A DNA stretch of 64,000 nt from a virus (IMGVR_UViG_3300010885_040738:1-64000); one strand, 5' to 3'. Positions 40,969-52,210 are shown, counted from the stretch's first letter. The notes: generated from the sequence alone by a model not told the origin. A program made the numbers and translations.

Positions 40969-43002
40969 ATGGGCCTCGTTTCCCCAGAAGAACTTCTAAA
41001 GTATCCGCCGCCGAAGCCGCCGGCGTGGATCACCAGCTCGCGGATGATGCGGTACCCGCTGCCGTGCCCGGAGTATCAGGTTCAGATTCTTGAGGCGCCG
41101 ACGCGGTCAGGGAAGCCGGGGAATCCGTACTGGACATCCAACCCAGGGCCGCAAACATGGTCACTTTTAGCCCCTTTTGATGAGATTGTCTGCGGCGGCA
41201 GCCGTGGCGGAGGGAAATCGGCTGTGCTTATATCCTGGTTCGCGATGGGGGACCAGAGACTGGACCCCGACGACCCGGCGCACTACTCGTATTTGCTGGA
41301 GCCGAGCTACCGCGGGCTGATGCTTAGAAAAGAATACCAGTCCATGGCGGAGTTCGTTGATGAAGCCAGTGACTTCTTTGGACCGCTCGGGGGGAAAAAG
41401 AAAAACGAGCCGACGGAGTTTCACTTCAAAAGCGGCGCTATCATTTACACAAACCACCTCGGGGACGCGAAGGCATTCGAGAAGTATAGGGGGTGGGGCA
41501 TCTCGCGGATCGGCATTGAAGAGCTTACGCAGATTGAGGAAGAGCGCTGGTACCTGAAACTGCTCGGATCTCTTCGTGCCAAAAAGCAGATTCGCATTCA
41601 TGCCGGCAAAGAGTTTGCAGCGCTGCGGTCGCAGATCATGTCGACCACTAATCCTGACGGACCAGGCCGCTCTTGGGTGCGTAAGCGTTTCGTCAAAGTT
41701 CTTGATTCCAAAGGGAATATCATCCCGACAAACACGCCGATGAAGGACAAGATTACTGGCCTGTCGCGGATCTTCATTCCGATGTCGCGGATGGATAACC
41801 GGTACCTGCGGAACGACAAGCAGTACGAGGGCATGCTTTTATCGCAGGACGAGGTTACCAGAAAGCAGTGGATTGACGGCGACTGGGATGCCGGTAGCGG
41901 GGCCTTCTTCTCCGAGTTTCGACCGCAAGGGCCCCTCGGACCAATCGAGCAGGAGAAGTATCCGTGGGCAAGGCACGTGGTCCCGCCGGTGGACCTGCAG
42001 CCGTGGTGGTACCGGTTTGGAGGCGGCGACTGGGGGTATAGTCACCCGGCGGCATTTCACAAGTTCTGCCGAAGCGAGCGCGACGGTCGCATCAACGTCT
42101 ATGACGAATTGGTTCTCCGCGGGTGCGGTTCGTTTGAGATGGGCGTGCGTCTGGCTCACTGGTGGATGCCGGATCTTGAAGGGCTGCCGAACAAAAGTGT
42201 GACGATTGCATTTTCGCCTGATGCGTTTGCAACAACAGACTCAGGGAAAACAAAAGTTGAGCAGATGGCTGACGGCATTGCCAGTGTTCTCGGACCATAC
42301 GGCGCTTTCCTGTTGAAGTACACGGACGATGAGCGCAAGGCGATGGAAAGCAACCCGGCAAATGCGCAGAGAATGATCGAAGGGCGGATTGCTTCCGCCG
42401 CTCAAGGCAAAATGCAGATTGTCCTGAAGCGTGCCAGCACCGACACAGTTGCCAGGTGGAGCTACGTTCGCGAGTTGCTGCGGTTCCGCCCAATTGTTCA
42501 GGAGACCGAGCAGGAATTACGGGAAAGGGTGACAGAGCGTTTCCAGCGCTCCGGGTTGGAGGCGTACGAGCGTGAGCTGCTCAAGATTCGCCGGCCGCAG
42601 GATGAGCATTTGCCGAAGCTTCATATCTGGAAAGATCGGTGCCCGGGGCTCGTGCGGTGTCTTGAAGAAGCAATGGAGGATGAGACCAACTCTGAGAAGG
42701 TGGCAAAGAAGGATGCCGTGGACGGCGTCGGTGGCGACGATCCGCTTGACAGTGCTTGTCATGGCCTGCACCACTTCAAAGAGATCGAGAAGGTTATGCC
42801 GAAGTCGTACTTCGTGTCGGAGCGGATGGAACAGATTCAGGCTGGATTTGAGCGCGACTTCGGGGAGCGCCTGACAGATCCAAACCGGTTGATCATGATC
42901 CAGCAGACTCAGAGCGCTCGGTACGACAACGCGCACCCGTCACAGTCTGGCGGCTTTACTCCGGCGCGGATGTCCAGCAGTCGGCATCGAAAGCCTAATT
43001 AG
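40969..43002 (+). CDS. terL: Terminase large subunit
   Basis: GGSRGGGKS, IEELTQ, TTNPDG, WVRKRF, DWG and DD.LD nuclease motifs. Confidence 0.92.
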   Translation: MGLVSPEELLKYPPPKPPAWITSSRMMRYPLPCPEYQVQILEAPTRSGKPGNPYWTSNPGPQTWSLLAPFDEIVCGGSRGGGKSAVLISWFAMGDQRLDPDDPAHYSYLLEPSYRGLMLRKEYQSMAEFVDEASDFFGPLGGKKKNEPTEFHFKSGAIIYTNHLGDAKAFEKYRGWGISRIGIEELTQIEEERWYLKLLGSLRAKKQIRIHAGKEFAALRSQIMSTTNPDGPGRSWVRKRFVKVLDSKGNIIPTNTPMKDKITGLSRIFIPMSRMDNRYLRNDKQYEGMLLSQDEVTRKQWIDGDWDAGSGAFFSEFRPQGPLGPIEQEKYPWARHVVPPVDLQPWWYRFGGGDWGYSHPAAFHKFCRSERDGRINVYDELVLRGCGSFEMGVRLAHWWMPDLEGLPNKSVTIAFSPDAFATTDSGKTKVEQMADGIASVLGPYGAFLLKYTDDERKAMESNPANAQRMIEGRIASAAQGKMQIVLKRASTDTVARWSYVRELLRFRPIVQETEQELRERVTERFQRSGLEAYERELLKIRRPQDEHLPKLHIWKDRCPGLVRCLEEAMEDETNSEKVAKKDAVDGVGGDDPLDSACHGLHHFKEIEKVMPKSYFVSERMEQIQAGFERDFGERLTDPNRLIMIQQTQSARYDNAHPSQSGGFTPARMSSSRHRKPN

Positions 43003-43038
43003 GGTACACTTGTTGTTGAAATCGCAGGAGCACAAAAT

Positions 43039-43452
43039 ATGGCCGCACCGATGTCGTACAGACCGCAGCAGCGCAAAACTCCGGGCATGGACCCCAGAAA
43101 GATGCGCGCCCCCCACATGATGGCCGATGGCGGCCTGATCCCGGGCCCCGGGCCGATTGGCGGGGGCGGTCCAGCGAAAGGTGCGATGCCACCGAAGAAG
43201 CCGGCCGCGCCGCCGATGCAGGACCCCGACATGGACGGCGACGTTGACACACCAGTCATTCGCCCGGAAGCGGTGAACTACCACGACGAACCGCACAGCT
43301 GCGGCGCGTGCAAGTACAACACGGACGGCCAGTGCGGAGTGCTGCAGATGCAGATTAGCTTGGAGGGCGGATGTAATGCCTTTGAGGCTGGCGAGCCGGA
43401 GAATCCGGATATGGCGGAAGACATGGGCATGGAGCCGGAAGAGGCATACTAA
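43039..43452 (+). CDS. Protein with a HiPIP-like four-Cys motif
   Basis: SCGACKY...CGVL...I...GGCNAF. Confidence 0.5.
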   Translation: MAAPMSYRPQQRKTPGMDPRKMRAPHMMADGGLIPGPGPIGGGGPAKGAMPPKKPAAPPMQDPDMDGDVDTPVIRPEAVNYHDEPHSCGACKYNTDGQCGVLQMQISLEGGCNAFEAGEPENPDMAEDMGMEPEEAY

Positions 43453-44000
43453 TGCAGGCATACAGGCAAAAGGCGACGAGCTTTGCCGTTCAATACACCG
43501 GTGAGCCGATTGAGGGCGTCACGTGCGGCGGCAGTTCGACGGACGAAACGGTCCGTCAGGCAGCGCGGCAACTGAACGGCTGCGATCCTTCGAGGGCTCA
43601 TTTGCCGCACGTTCATACGGCGCAGGTCGGCGGCCTTGGCATTGTGACGCCCGGTTGCTGGATTATGCCGGTTCGCGGCGGTCCGTTTTGCGTTGTGGAA
43701 GATGCTCAGTTTCGGGCGCACTTTGAGGTGCCGCTGCTCGTTGAGCCTGATGCCGCGCCTGCCGCGCTATCTGGACATCCGCCTGTCGTAGTTGATCCGA
43801 CTGAAGATCCGGCTCCGCCCGCGCCCGCTGACGAGCCGACCGACACTGTCACCGCTACTGATGAGCCTGTATTGCCGGAGCCCGCCTCTGAAGTGGAGCC
43901 CTCTACTGAAGTCGCTTCCGCTGCCAATGAACTAGCCGCGCCGGCTGAGGAAGCCGCACCGCCCAAGCGCGCACGAGCGACAAAGAAAGCTCGCCAGTAA
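43452..44000 (+). CDS. Conserved phage protein with Pro/Ala/Glu-rich tail
   Basis: AVQYTG ... PGCWIM ... F...FE pattern. Confidence 0.6.
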   Translation: MQAYRQKATSFAVQYTGEPIEGVTCGGSSTDETVRQAARQLNGCDPSRAHLPHVHTAQVGGLGIVTPGCWIMPVRGGPFCVVEDAQFRAHFEVPLLVEPDAAPAALSGHPPVVVDPTEDPAPPAPADEPTDTVTATDEPVLPEPASEVEPSTEVASAANELAAPAEEAAPPKRARATKKARQ

Positions 44001-44521
44001 TGCTTTGGCTTCTGAGCCTTATTCCTGCGTTCCGGAACCTGCAGAATCTTTGCCAGATGCAGGCCCGGCAGATAGAAGAGCTTCGGCACGATGCCGCTAC
44101 GGCTGGCTCCATGCAGGACTCACTGGCTGACTGCAGGATTCGCGAAAGCGTATTGCAGGACGAAGCGATTACACTTCGCGAGCAAATTGGGCAACTCAGC
44201 ACCGAGAAGCTTATCCTGCAGGACCGCTTGGACAGTTCTCTTCAGGATCATGATCAAATGTGGTCAATGATAAGGGAGTCTCTCGACGGGGAGCGTATGG
44301 CTCTACGAACGCAGGTCAATCACGCAGTTGCCCGCGCCGGCGGTGGCGTTCCGTATCCGGATGCGCACCAGATGCCGGCGTCGGCCGTACCGCAAAAGCG
44401 CGAGGTCGGTCCTGTAGGTCGCCGAAGCCGATTGCTGTATTCAGAAGCATCAGCGGCGCATGACCGAAGGTTCATTCAGGACATGATGACGCCGCCGCAA
44501 GTTGAGGAAATGCCGACCTAG
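44000..44521 (+). CDS. Coiled-coil protein with hydrophobic N-terminus
   Basis: Sequence composition. Confidence 0.55.
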   Translation: MLWLLSLIPAFRNLQNLCQMQARQIEELRHDAATAGSMQDSLADCRIRESVLQDEAITLREQIGQLSTEKLILQDRLDSSLQDHDQMWSMIRESLDGERMALRTQVNHAVARAGGGVPYPDAHQMPASAVPQKREVGPVGRRSRLLYSEASAAHDRRFIQDMMTPPQVEEMPT

Positions 44522-44592
44522 CCTGCACGCAGGCATCAGGTTGGAATAGAATCAATTCATGGGCTTCGTGAAGCAATCCCCGAGAGACAATA

Positions 44593-46920
44593 ATGGCTGA
44601 AATCCTCGGTGAGGCTCCGGAAGCCCTTTCCAATTCCGAAATCATCAAACGGTACGGCAGTCATTTGGACGTGGTTACCAAGGCGGCGACCGACCCAACG
44701 TATGACTTTGAACGAAGCATTCTGATCTCGCAGGCGCGCCAGCAGTGGCTGATGGTCAAGGGAAACCCGAACCCTGTCCTTGGCTGGGGGCCCAGCGACT
44801 ACGGCGGGCAGCAGGCGTCCTGGATTCCGTTTGACTACACGTCTTCGCAGGAAGAGACCGGCGCGGACGTCAAACTCTGTCCTCCGATCAACTTCATTGG
44901 CGGCGACTGCTTTAAGTTTATGGCCGTGATGGGGTCATCCTCTCCCAGGGTCAAAGGTGTGGCTGACGATCTCCGCGATCAGGGCGATATTGCAACAGCT
45001 TACTGTGCCGACACCAACATCCGGGACCTGTGGATCAAGAACAAGATTGACCGGCTCTGGAAGATTGCCGCATTCCATATGTACACCACGGGGCCGTGCT
45101 TCATGCGCGGCTACTGGAATACCGACAAGGTGAAGTACGGCGAGACGCAGGAACCGAAGATCGAGATTGTCTTTGGCGAGGACGGCGTTCCGATACCAAA
45201 GGTCGTCGGGACGCAGTCTTATGCGAACGGCGATGCCGAAGTAAGCTTTCACAGCGTCCTGGAAGTCACGATTCCGTGGGAAGCGAAAGAGCTTCGTGGG
45301 AACTTCCTCTGCTGCGAGCGCATGCTGTCCAAATGGGCGCTTCTTGCAAAGTACCCGGGAAAAAATGATGAGCCAGGGCCTTTGGATCAGTATCGCGGTG
45401 GCGACGTTCCTGACGACAAGATGAGCGGGGCGACGGTTGCGGCGCAAGAAGCGAAGACGGCGACGTCAAACCCATCAATGACGGCGCAGAGCAAGCGGCC
45501 GGACACGTGGCGGTTTACGGAGTGGTGGGTTCCTCCGTATCTCTACGAGGCGGTAACGTCAGGGGAGGCGCGGGAGGTTCTGAAGCGCCAGTTTTCCCGC
45601 GGGCTGTATATTGCACGAGTAGGATCTGTTGTTGTCGAGATTGAAGAGCGCGAAGTCACCGACGAATGGACGGTTTGTGGCGTCAACCGCGGTGAGAAGA
45701 TCATGGAGCGGCCGGTGTGCGCCGACAACGTCCCAATCCAGCGCGCCATCAACGACCTCATGGGGATGGCGATCGAAACCATTCTTCGGGCGATCACCCA
45801 GACCATTATTGATAACCAGCTCATTGACCGCCAGGCGATGAGCACCCGGGAGGCAATCCCGGCGGAAATGATTCTGACGGCGATGCCGCCGGAAGGTGAT
45901 CTTCGAGCCAAGATCTTCCAGATCCCGCCGGCCCACCTGAGCGATCAGGCATTGCCGCTGCTGAATCTGATGCGGTCCATGGGGCAGGATATTTCTGGCG
46001 TGCGTCCGGAACTGTCTGGCGGTGGCCAGCCGACCAGCACGTACCGCGAGGCGAAGCAGCGGAAGGATCAGGCGTTGGCCCAGCTGGCGCCACAAGCGCA
46101 GGCAATGCGGGATGCGGCTGAGGATCTGGGGAAGATTCTTGTGAATCTCCGGGCAAAGTACGGCTCCGGAATTGTCAAGTCTCAGCGACGTGGCGCGTAT
46201 GGCGTCGAGACTGACGTCGCGAACATGGAAGACCTGAAGGAAACTGGTTGGCATCCGGAATCGGATGACCAGTTTCCGTTGACGCTTTCCGACAAGCGCG
46301 ATTCGGTTTACAGTCTAATCAAAGAGATGCCGCCGGAAGTTCAGGCGTTCCTCGGCGTTCTCGATGTTCTCAACGTTGAGGAGCTTTGCGAACTGCTGCA
46401 GGTCCCCGGTTTCCAAAGCGCGATCGCGGACCAAAAGAAGAAGACGCTGGCCGAGATTGACGAGCTTATGGCACAGGAGCCGGTTATGCAGGAACCTGGC
46501 CCCGACGGTCAGGTTCCGCCGGCAAAGTCATCTATTCCGATTGACCCGTACGATAACCATCAGGTTGCGGCGGCCGTTAAGTCGCGCTGGCTGATTGCGA
46601 ACCAGCAGGTGAAGGGTACGCCTGGCTTTGCCAACGTGGAAGCGTCGTGGACCGAGCAAAATGAAATGGCGCAACCGCCGCAGCCGCCTCCGCCTCCGCC
46701 GGTAAAGGGCAGCTTGTCAATGAGCGCCAAGCTTGAGGACTTCCCGAACCTAATGCCGCAGGTGATGGAGGCGGCCGGCATGCAGCCACCGCCTCCGCCA
46801 GCACCAACGCCGCAACAGCCGCTGGCTGGTGGGCCACAAAACCTGACTGGAGCAATGACACCGGATGCAAACCTACAGCCGCTCCCCGCGGGCCCCCAAC
46901 CTCCCCAGGGGGCGATGTAA
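44593..46920 (+). CDS. Portal protein
   Basis: 775 aa after TerL; Q..IN and DISGV...SG motifs; Pro/Gln-rich tail. Confidence 0.8.
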   Translation: MAEILGEAPEALSNSEIIKRYGSHLDVVTKAATDPTYDFERSILISQARQQWLMVKGNPNPVLGWGPSDYGGQQASWIPFDYTSSQEETGADVKLCPPINFIGGDCFKFMAVMGSSSPRVKGVADDLRDQGDIATAYCADTNIRDLWIKNKIDRLWKIAAFHMYTTGPCFMRGYWNTDKVKYGETQEPKIEIVFGEDGVPIPKVVGTQSYANGDAEVSFHSVLEVTIPWEAKELRGNFLCCERMLSKWALLAKYPGKNDEPGPLDQYRGGDVPDDKMSGATVAAQEAKTATSNPSMTAQSKRPDTWRFTEWWVPPYLYEAVTSGEAREVLKRQFSRGLYIARVGSVVVEIEEREVTDEWTVCGVNRGEKIMERPVCADNVPIQRAINDLMGMAIETILRAITQTIIDNQLIDRQAMSTREAIPAEMILTAMPPEGDLRAKIFQIPPAHLSDQALPLLNLMRSMGQDISGVRPELSGGGQPTSTYREAKQRKDQALAQLAPQAQAMRDAAEDLGKILVNLRAKYGSGIVKSQRRGAYGVETDVANMEDLKETGWHPESDDQFPLTLSDKRDSVYSLIKEMPPEVQAFLGVLDVLNVEELCELLQVPGFQSAIADQKKKTLAEIDELMAQEPVMQEPGPDGQVPPAKSSIPIDPYDNHQVAAAVKSRWLIANQQVKGTPGFANVEASWTEQNEMAQPPQPPPPPPVKGSLSMSAKLEDFPNLMPQVMEAAGMQPPPPPAPTPQQPLAGGPQNLTGAMTPDANLQPLPAGPQPPQGAM

Positions 46921-46921
46921 G

Positions 46922-47473
46922 GTGGTCGGGAAGTACGGGCAGAAGAAGCCGAAGACCGAGCACAGCTTTTCTTCGACGCAGGTAAACCTGACAGGCCCGG
47001 CGAAGGATGCTGTGATTGCGATGGCCAAGGCTATCCCGAGCAGGGAGCTGGCGGAAGATGGCCGCGAGGACACTCCCCACACAACAGTAAAGTACGGGTT
47101 GCATTTTCGCAGCCCCAGCGCAAGACTGCGGCGAGTGATTCAGGAGTTCGGCGTCATTACGGCGACTCTCGGGAAGACGAGCTTGTTCCAGAACGATGAT
47201 GCGGACGTGCTGAAAGTAGACGTTGACTCTACAGATCTTCACCGGCTGAATGCGCTGGTGTCGAAGGTGATTCCGACACACACGACTCACCCGACCTACA
47301 TCCCGCACGTGACGATTGCGTACCTCAAGCCCGGGCTGGGCAAGAAATATGCTGGGCGTGACGATCTCGCCGGGCGCAAGTTGCAGTTCGACAGTGTCCT
47401 GTTCTCAGGTAAAGACGGGCACGTGGAAGAAATTAAGCTGGGCAGTAAACGTGCTTATCGAGCGGTCGCGTAA
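46922..47473 (+). CDS. 2H phosphoesterase, Acb1/T4 57B-like
   Basis: Two HxT motifs: PHTTVKYG and YIPHVTIAY. Confidence 0.8.
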   Translation: MVGKYGQKKPKTEHSFSSTQVNLTGPAKDAVIAMAKAIPSRELAEDGREDTPHTTVKYGLHFRSPSARLRRVIQEFGVITATLGKTSLFQNDDADVLKVDVDSTDLHRLNALVSKVIPTHTTHPTYIPHVTIAYLKPGLGKKYAGRDDLAGRKLQFDSVLFSGKDGHVEEIKLGSKRAYRAVA

Positions 47474-47778
47474 TGCCAGAGATCAAGAACACGAAAAAGC
47501 AAGCCTGCGGCAACTTTCACTGCGATGCCCGTGCATGGGATGCCTACATTCAGTGCTGGCCCTTCGACGCGAAGATGTGTTCTCATTGCGGCGACGTCTG
47601 GGTTGGTTGGGGCTGGCTAAAGCAGGCGGTATTTAACGTGTTTTTCAGCTGGTGGTGGTCCGGTGCCGTGCTGGTTAATTGCGGTGAAAATGAGATTGAT
47701 GTTGACGCCGGGCAGGATTAGGACACTACCCCCTTTCTTTTGTGCAAGATTGTAGTAGACTCTCAGTAACGACCATTT

Positions 47779-49299
47779 ATGGAATTCAATAGCACATCAG
47801 ACATGCTTTCGGCGATCCCGGCAGACATCATGGGGGACCTCGCGGCCCCGCCTGTTGCAGATGCCGGCGGTTCCGGCCAGGATGAAGGGTATCTTGGCAA
47901 TGAGCCTGATGATGCCGCTGACCCCGTAGATGACGGCGTAATTGACGACTCGCCGGTTGACGATGAGACTGAAGACGAAGCCGACGAGCCGACTGACGAT
48001 GAGCCTGCCGAGGAGCCTGCTAATGAAGAGCCGGTTGCGGATGCGAAAGTTGCGAAAGATGACGCGAAGCCGGCGGAAGATCTCCCGGAAGGTGTAAGCC
48101 GCGGGAAGGACCGCTCGGGCAAACCCGGCCTGTTCGTTAAAGAAGCCCGATGGGAAGTGATCCACGGGAATCATAAGCTGGCGCAGGATGCTGCGGCCCT
48201 GATCGGTGAGCCATTGACGCTGGACGCGCTCAAGACGCGGGAAGCCGCGCTGGTGGCAAACGATCGGCTATGGAATGACTTGGCGTCCGGAGATGCCACG
48301 GTTCAGGGCAATGTCGTAGACGCTTTCCTTGAGCAGATGAAGTCGGCCGTTGAGTCTGGCGAAGTTGCGGGAGACCCATCGGTTTCATTTGCAACCGTGA
48401 TGTACGAGAAGCTTCGCGATAGTGCGCCGGATGCGTATGCGTCCCTGCGTCTGCAGGCCGCTAAGGATTTGATGTCGGAGATGTACGCTGAGGCTGCTTC
48501 TCTGGGCAATGTTGACCTGTCACGGTCGATGAACTATCTCGCCATGCAAATGGCCGGCGTAAAACCAAAAGACGCCAGCATGACTCCTGAACAGTACGTT
48601 GACTACGCAAGGTCGACGGTGAAGGATGCTGGCCTGCCGTTTTACGGTGACGACGAATTACCCGCTCTGGCCGCAAAGCCAGGGCCCGCTGCTGACCCGC
48701 GGGACCGGCGCATTGCCGAGTTGGAAGCCAAGGTTAATCAGGGTACACAGGGCGATCCTGCTGCACAGCATAAAGCCTGGCGTGATACCCACGTGAAAGA
48801 AGTAAATACTGCGCTTTTTGACGACGCCATAACACCGGCCTTGGCGACCGTCCAGAAGTCGTGGGAGAAATTCCCGCAAGATTATGATCGCCTCGTGGTC
48901 AAGCCGCTGCACAGCGAAGTCCGCGACGTGATTCGTAAAGATGCGGCATTCAACCAAAGGGTTGGCGAGTTACAGGCCCGAGCTCAGCGTGCGGCATCTG
49001 CAGAGGTGCGCACCAGAATCGGCGACCAAATCCGTCAGGCTTTTGTAAATCGTGGCAAGCTGGCAGTGGAACAGGTCAAAGGACCAATTCTGCAGTTTGC
49101 CGTGGACTCGCTGAAGGGCCGAAGCGAAACAACTCACCAGCGCCGTGAAGGCGCTCAACAACGCACCGCCCCGAAGGGCAGTAGCGCACCGGTTCGCACC
49201 TCGGCCGTCCCTGATATTCCGCAGTTCGCGAATAACACGTTCGACCCAAAGGTAGCAGCAAGTCAGGCAGCAAAGTACTTGGCTTCACTGCGAAACTAA
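47779..49299 (+). CDS. Putative capsid scaffolding protein
   Basis: Acidic disordered N-terminus, helical body, directly before the capsid gene. Confidence 0.65.
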   Translation: MEFNSTSDMLSAIPADIMGDLAAPPVADAGGSGQDEGYLGNEPDDAADPVDDGVIDDSPVDDETEDEADEPTDDEPAEEPANEEPVADAKVAKDDAKPAEDLPEGVSRGKDRSGKPGLFVKEARWEVIHGNHKLAQDAAALIGEPLTLDALKTREAALVANDRLWNDLASGDATVQGNVVDAFLEQMKSAVESGEVAGDPSVSFATVMYEKLRDSAPDAYASLRLQAAKDLMSEMYAEAASLGNVDLSRSMNYLAMQMAGVKPKDASMTPEQYVDYARSTVKDAGLPFYGDDELPALAAKPGPAADPRDRRIAELEAKVNQGTQGDPAAQHKAWRDTHVKEVNTALFDDAITPALATVQKSWEKFPQDYDRLVVKPLHSEVRDVIRKDAAFNQRVGELQARAQRAASAEVRTRIGDQIRQAFVNRGKLAVEQVKGPILQFAVDSLKGRSETTHQRREGAQQRTAPKGSSAPVRTSAVPDIPQFANNTFDPKVAASQAAKYLASLRN

Positions 49300-49339
49300 C
49301 CGGCCTACGTCTCACGAGCAGGTGCGTGAGGATACTAAA

Positions 49340-50617
49340 TTGGCTTCAAATACGCTTTGGCAGCAGTCCGAGATCGTTCGGACAAAGCTTTTTCCTTTCT
49401 GGGCAACTGCGGACTTCAAGGTCCTCACCGATTTCATCGCAAAAGGCGAAGTGGAAATCGTCGGAGAACGCGATTACCGCATCCCGTTTAAGACCACGTT
49501 TGGTGGCCGAGTAGGTCACTACGACAATCAGCTTGGCGACATGGGGCGCGGTTCGTCTCCCCAGGGCAACGTCATGCTGCAGTCGTTCTACAGCCTGCGC
49601 ATCAACTTCGAGTTTGACATGATGCAGATCAAGGCAACGACCAGCAAGAAGCAGGCTGTTCAGAATCCTTTCGTTCAGTGCATCTCGGAAGGCTTCCGCG
49701 AATTCGAGCTGATCTGGGACAAGATCATTCACGGCAACGGCACCGCCGTCCTCGGGACTTCCAATGCCTACTCAACCGGCACCGGCGTTTCGGTCTACAC
49801 CCTGACCAACACGTTTGGCGTCCAGTTGCTCCGTCGCGGCCAGTTCTACACGATCTACGATTCGACCCTCACCACGGTCAAGTCCAACGGCGTGCTTTAC
49901 GCGGCTCAGATCAACACTCAGGCGCGCACGCTGACCATGAGCGGCATCGTTCCCGGCGGCGCGTCCGGCGATCTGATCTGCTTTGAAGGTGTCACCGGTG
50001 CGACTCCGGCCGGCCCCCGCGGCTTGGCTTACTGGGTCTCTGCGGCCGCTTCCGGAACCACGGCCGGCATCAACCGGGCGACGGAAAACCAGATCATCTC
50101 GAAGTCGGTCTCCGGCACCAACGGGCTGACGGTCGACGTGGTCATGGCGCTTCACGATCGCATCCAGATGGATCGCGGCGAAGTTCCCAACTTGATGGGT
50201 GTCGTCGGCAACGCGCAGCGCGCCTACGCCTACACCCAGATGGAAGCCATCCAGATGTCGCTGATCGAAAACGGCGACAAGCAGGCCGGTCTGTTCGACC
50301 GCTTGCCCAAGCTGAAGGGCAAGAAGTTCTTCATGTGGGGTGACGTTCCGCACTACGTTGACATCCATGCGGATGCGACCACTGCGTACTACGTCTGCCC
50401 CGAAGACTTTGGCCGCGCCCAGCTCGCTCCCACCGGGTTCTTCGAGACTCCCGGCAAGAGCGGTCAGGATGCTCGCTTCATCCAGCTTTACGGCTCGTCC
50501 GGTGGCCCGGCAGCGGGTGTCTGGTTCGGCATGACCAAGGACCAGGACATTTACTGCACAAATTCCGGCCAGCAGGGTTTAGTCACATCCCTTCCGCTCG
50601 GGTCGCTTTACGCCTAA
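49340..50617 (+). CDS. Major capsid protein
   Basis: About 425 aa, position after scaffold, strongly biased codons, G.G.G motif, terminator after. Confidence 0.75.
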   Translation: MASNTLWQQSEIVRTKLFPFWATADFKVLTDFIAKGEVEIVGERDYRIPFKTTFGGRVGHYDNQLGDMGRGSSPQGNVMLQSFYSLRINFEFDMMQIKATTSKKQAVQNPFVQCISEGFREFELIWDKIIHGNGTAVLGTSNAYSTGTGVSVYTLTNTFGVQLLRRGQFYTIYDSTLTTVKSNGVLYAAQINTQARTLTMSGIVPGGASGDLICFEGVTGATPAGPRGLAYWVSAAASGTTAGINRATENQIISKSVSGTNGLTVDVVMALHDRIQMDRGEVPNLMGVVGNAQRAYAYTQMEAIQMSLIENGDKQAGLFDRLPKLKGKKFFMWGDVPHYVDIHADATTAYYVCPEDFGRAQLAPTGFFETPGKSGQDARFIQLYGSSGGPAAGVWFGMTKDQDIYCTNSGQQGLVTSLPLGSLYA

Positions 50618-50629
50618 GCGGTTTCTCTC

Positions 50630-50663
50630 GGGAGGGGGTCGCAAGGCCCCCTCTCTTTCTTTT
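50630..50663 (+). terminator. Terminator after the capsid gene
   Basis: GGGAGGGGGTC-GCAA-GGCCCCCTCTC followed by a T-rich tail. Confidence 0.75.
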
Positions 50664-50806
50664 GATTTGGAAAGGCACCATGCAGTCAGAAACGCCACTC
50701 TCGGAACAAGTAACGGAAGCGATGCAGGTCGCTGATGCGGCCATGGCGGCCGACATGCAGAGCGTAATCACTCGCGCAAACGCTGAGGACGGGGAGCAAC
50801 CGGATA

Positions 50807-52209
50807 ATGCGTAACGCAATAGTAGACCACCTGAACCGTCGCCTTGGCGAATCGCTGGGGTACGTCAACTGCGGCACGCTTCCGCGCTTTGCCTGGAAGT
50901 GGGCCCCTGACGAATCTCATTTTGTTTACGACAGCGACAATCGTACTGTAGTCAGGAAGACGTGGGCGGACCGACTGGCGGCCGACGGGAAGCCGATTGG
51001 ACGGGCGTGGGTCTTGGCGCAGTGGAAGCCGACAAAGATTGCGGACCATTGCGGATTCGGTGAAGGCATTCGCCTGGCTGTCACGGCGAGCGCAAAGTAT
51101 CAGCCTCAGTTTGAAACGGTTCTGCCCATAGGCGTGACGCCGACGGAAGAACTGAACCAGAATTATATCTGGGCTCTGGACTTTCAACTACAGAACTCGG
51201 CTGAGCACAACCCTTACGCCATGGCGAATGCACTGGCGGAGGAGAAGTACGAGGACGATGTGAACGAAGCTCAGAACGCGAAAGAGTTCCGCGAATCGTC
51301 GCTTGCGCAGTACGACAACTACGTCGGCGCGTTTGGAAACTGTTCACCTGGTACCGCCGGCGGCTTCATGTCATTTGGCGGATTCGACAACAAAAACCCG
51401 GCTGCTGCGGCGGCCTAGAGAAAGAGTAAACGTCTAATATGACCTGCAAAATCGCATCAGTACACTTCGTACCAGTTCTTGCTGTCCGGAACTACAGGGG
51501 AGACCCGTTCATGCTGGGTGCTATTGACAAGCCTGGCGCAAACCCGGTCATTCTGGAGCTTGATGACATGGCCCAGCGGGATTCTCAGCCGTACAATGGC
51601 CAGCCGTATCGCATGCCAATCACGTATCCGGTCATGGGTGAGGAGATTGCACGCGATCTGGTTCAGGAATGGACGGAGCGCGGCCTGATGATGAGCCAGG
51701 GTTGCCACCCGGGAATCTGGGTCGTGCGCCAGCATATCCCTATCATGAATGAGGACCCGCAAAGCGGCGCCGCGATTGCCGCATTGGATGTTTTTGGCAA
51801 GCAGAAGTTTCGTCCGGCGACGCTCGAAGAGATTCAGCAGATGTGGGACGAGGATCTGGCTGCGGCACGCGCTGCAGATCTTGCCTACGCGAACGAGTGC
51901 TTCATTGCCGGGCAGAAAATTGCATCTGACGTCCGCACGGCTCACCTTGTTCCGAAGACGTACAAAACAGCGGCGATTTTCTACGGCATGGAAGCTAACT
52001 GGTCTCGGCTTGGCGCGACGGCGCTGAACACCAGTTGCCCACATTGCGGCAAGCCGACGTCGAAACTGAACTTCATTTGCGCAAGCTGCAGCCAGCCGAC
52101 GGATCTGGAACGGTGGGCTGAGTTTACGGCAAGGAAGCAGGCAGCGCTGGACGCTGTGGCTTCCCGCTTTATGAGCGCTCCGGCAGCGCAGCCAGCGATG
52201 GCCCAGTAA
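50807..52209 (+). other. Two hypothetical late genes (50807-51418, 51439-52209)
   Basis: Co-oriented ORFs; the second has a CxxC...CxxC Zn ribbon. Confidence 0.7.
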
Positions 52210-52210
52210 A

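Noticed and set aside
44000-44521. Spanin or lysis gene
   Set aside because: Hydrophobic stretch is short; no adjacent endolysin, holin or lipoprotein was recognised
40727-51695. Other CTGATGA heptamers as hammerhead cores
   Set aside because: They lie inside coding regions without matching GAAA and stems
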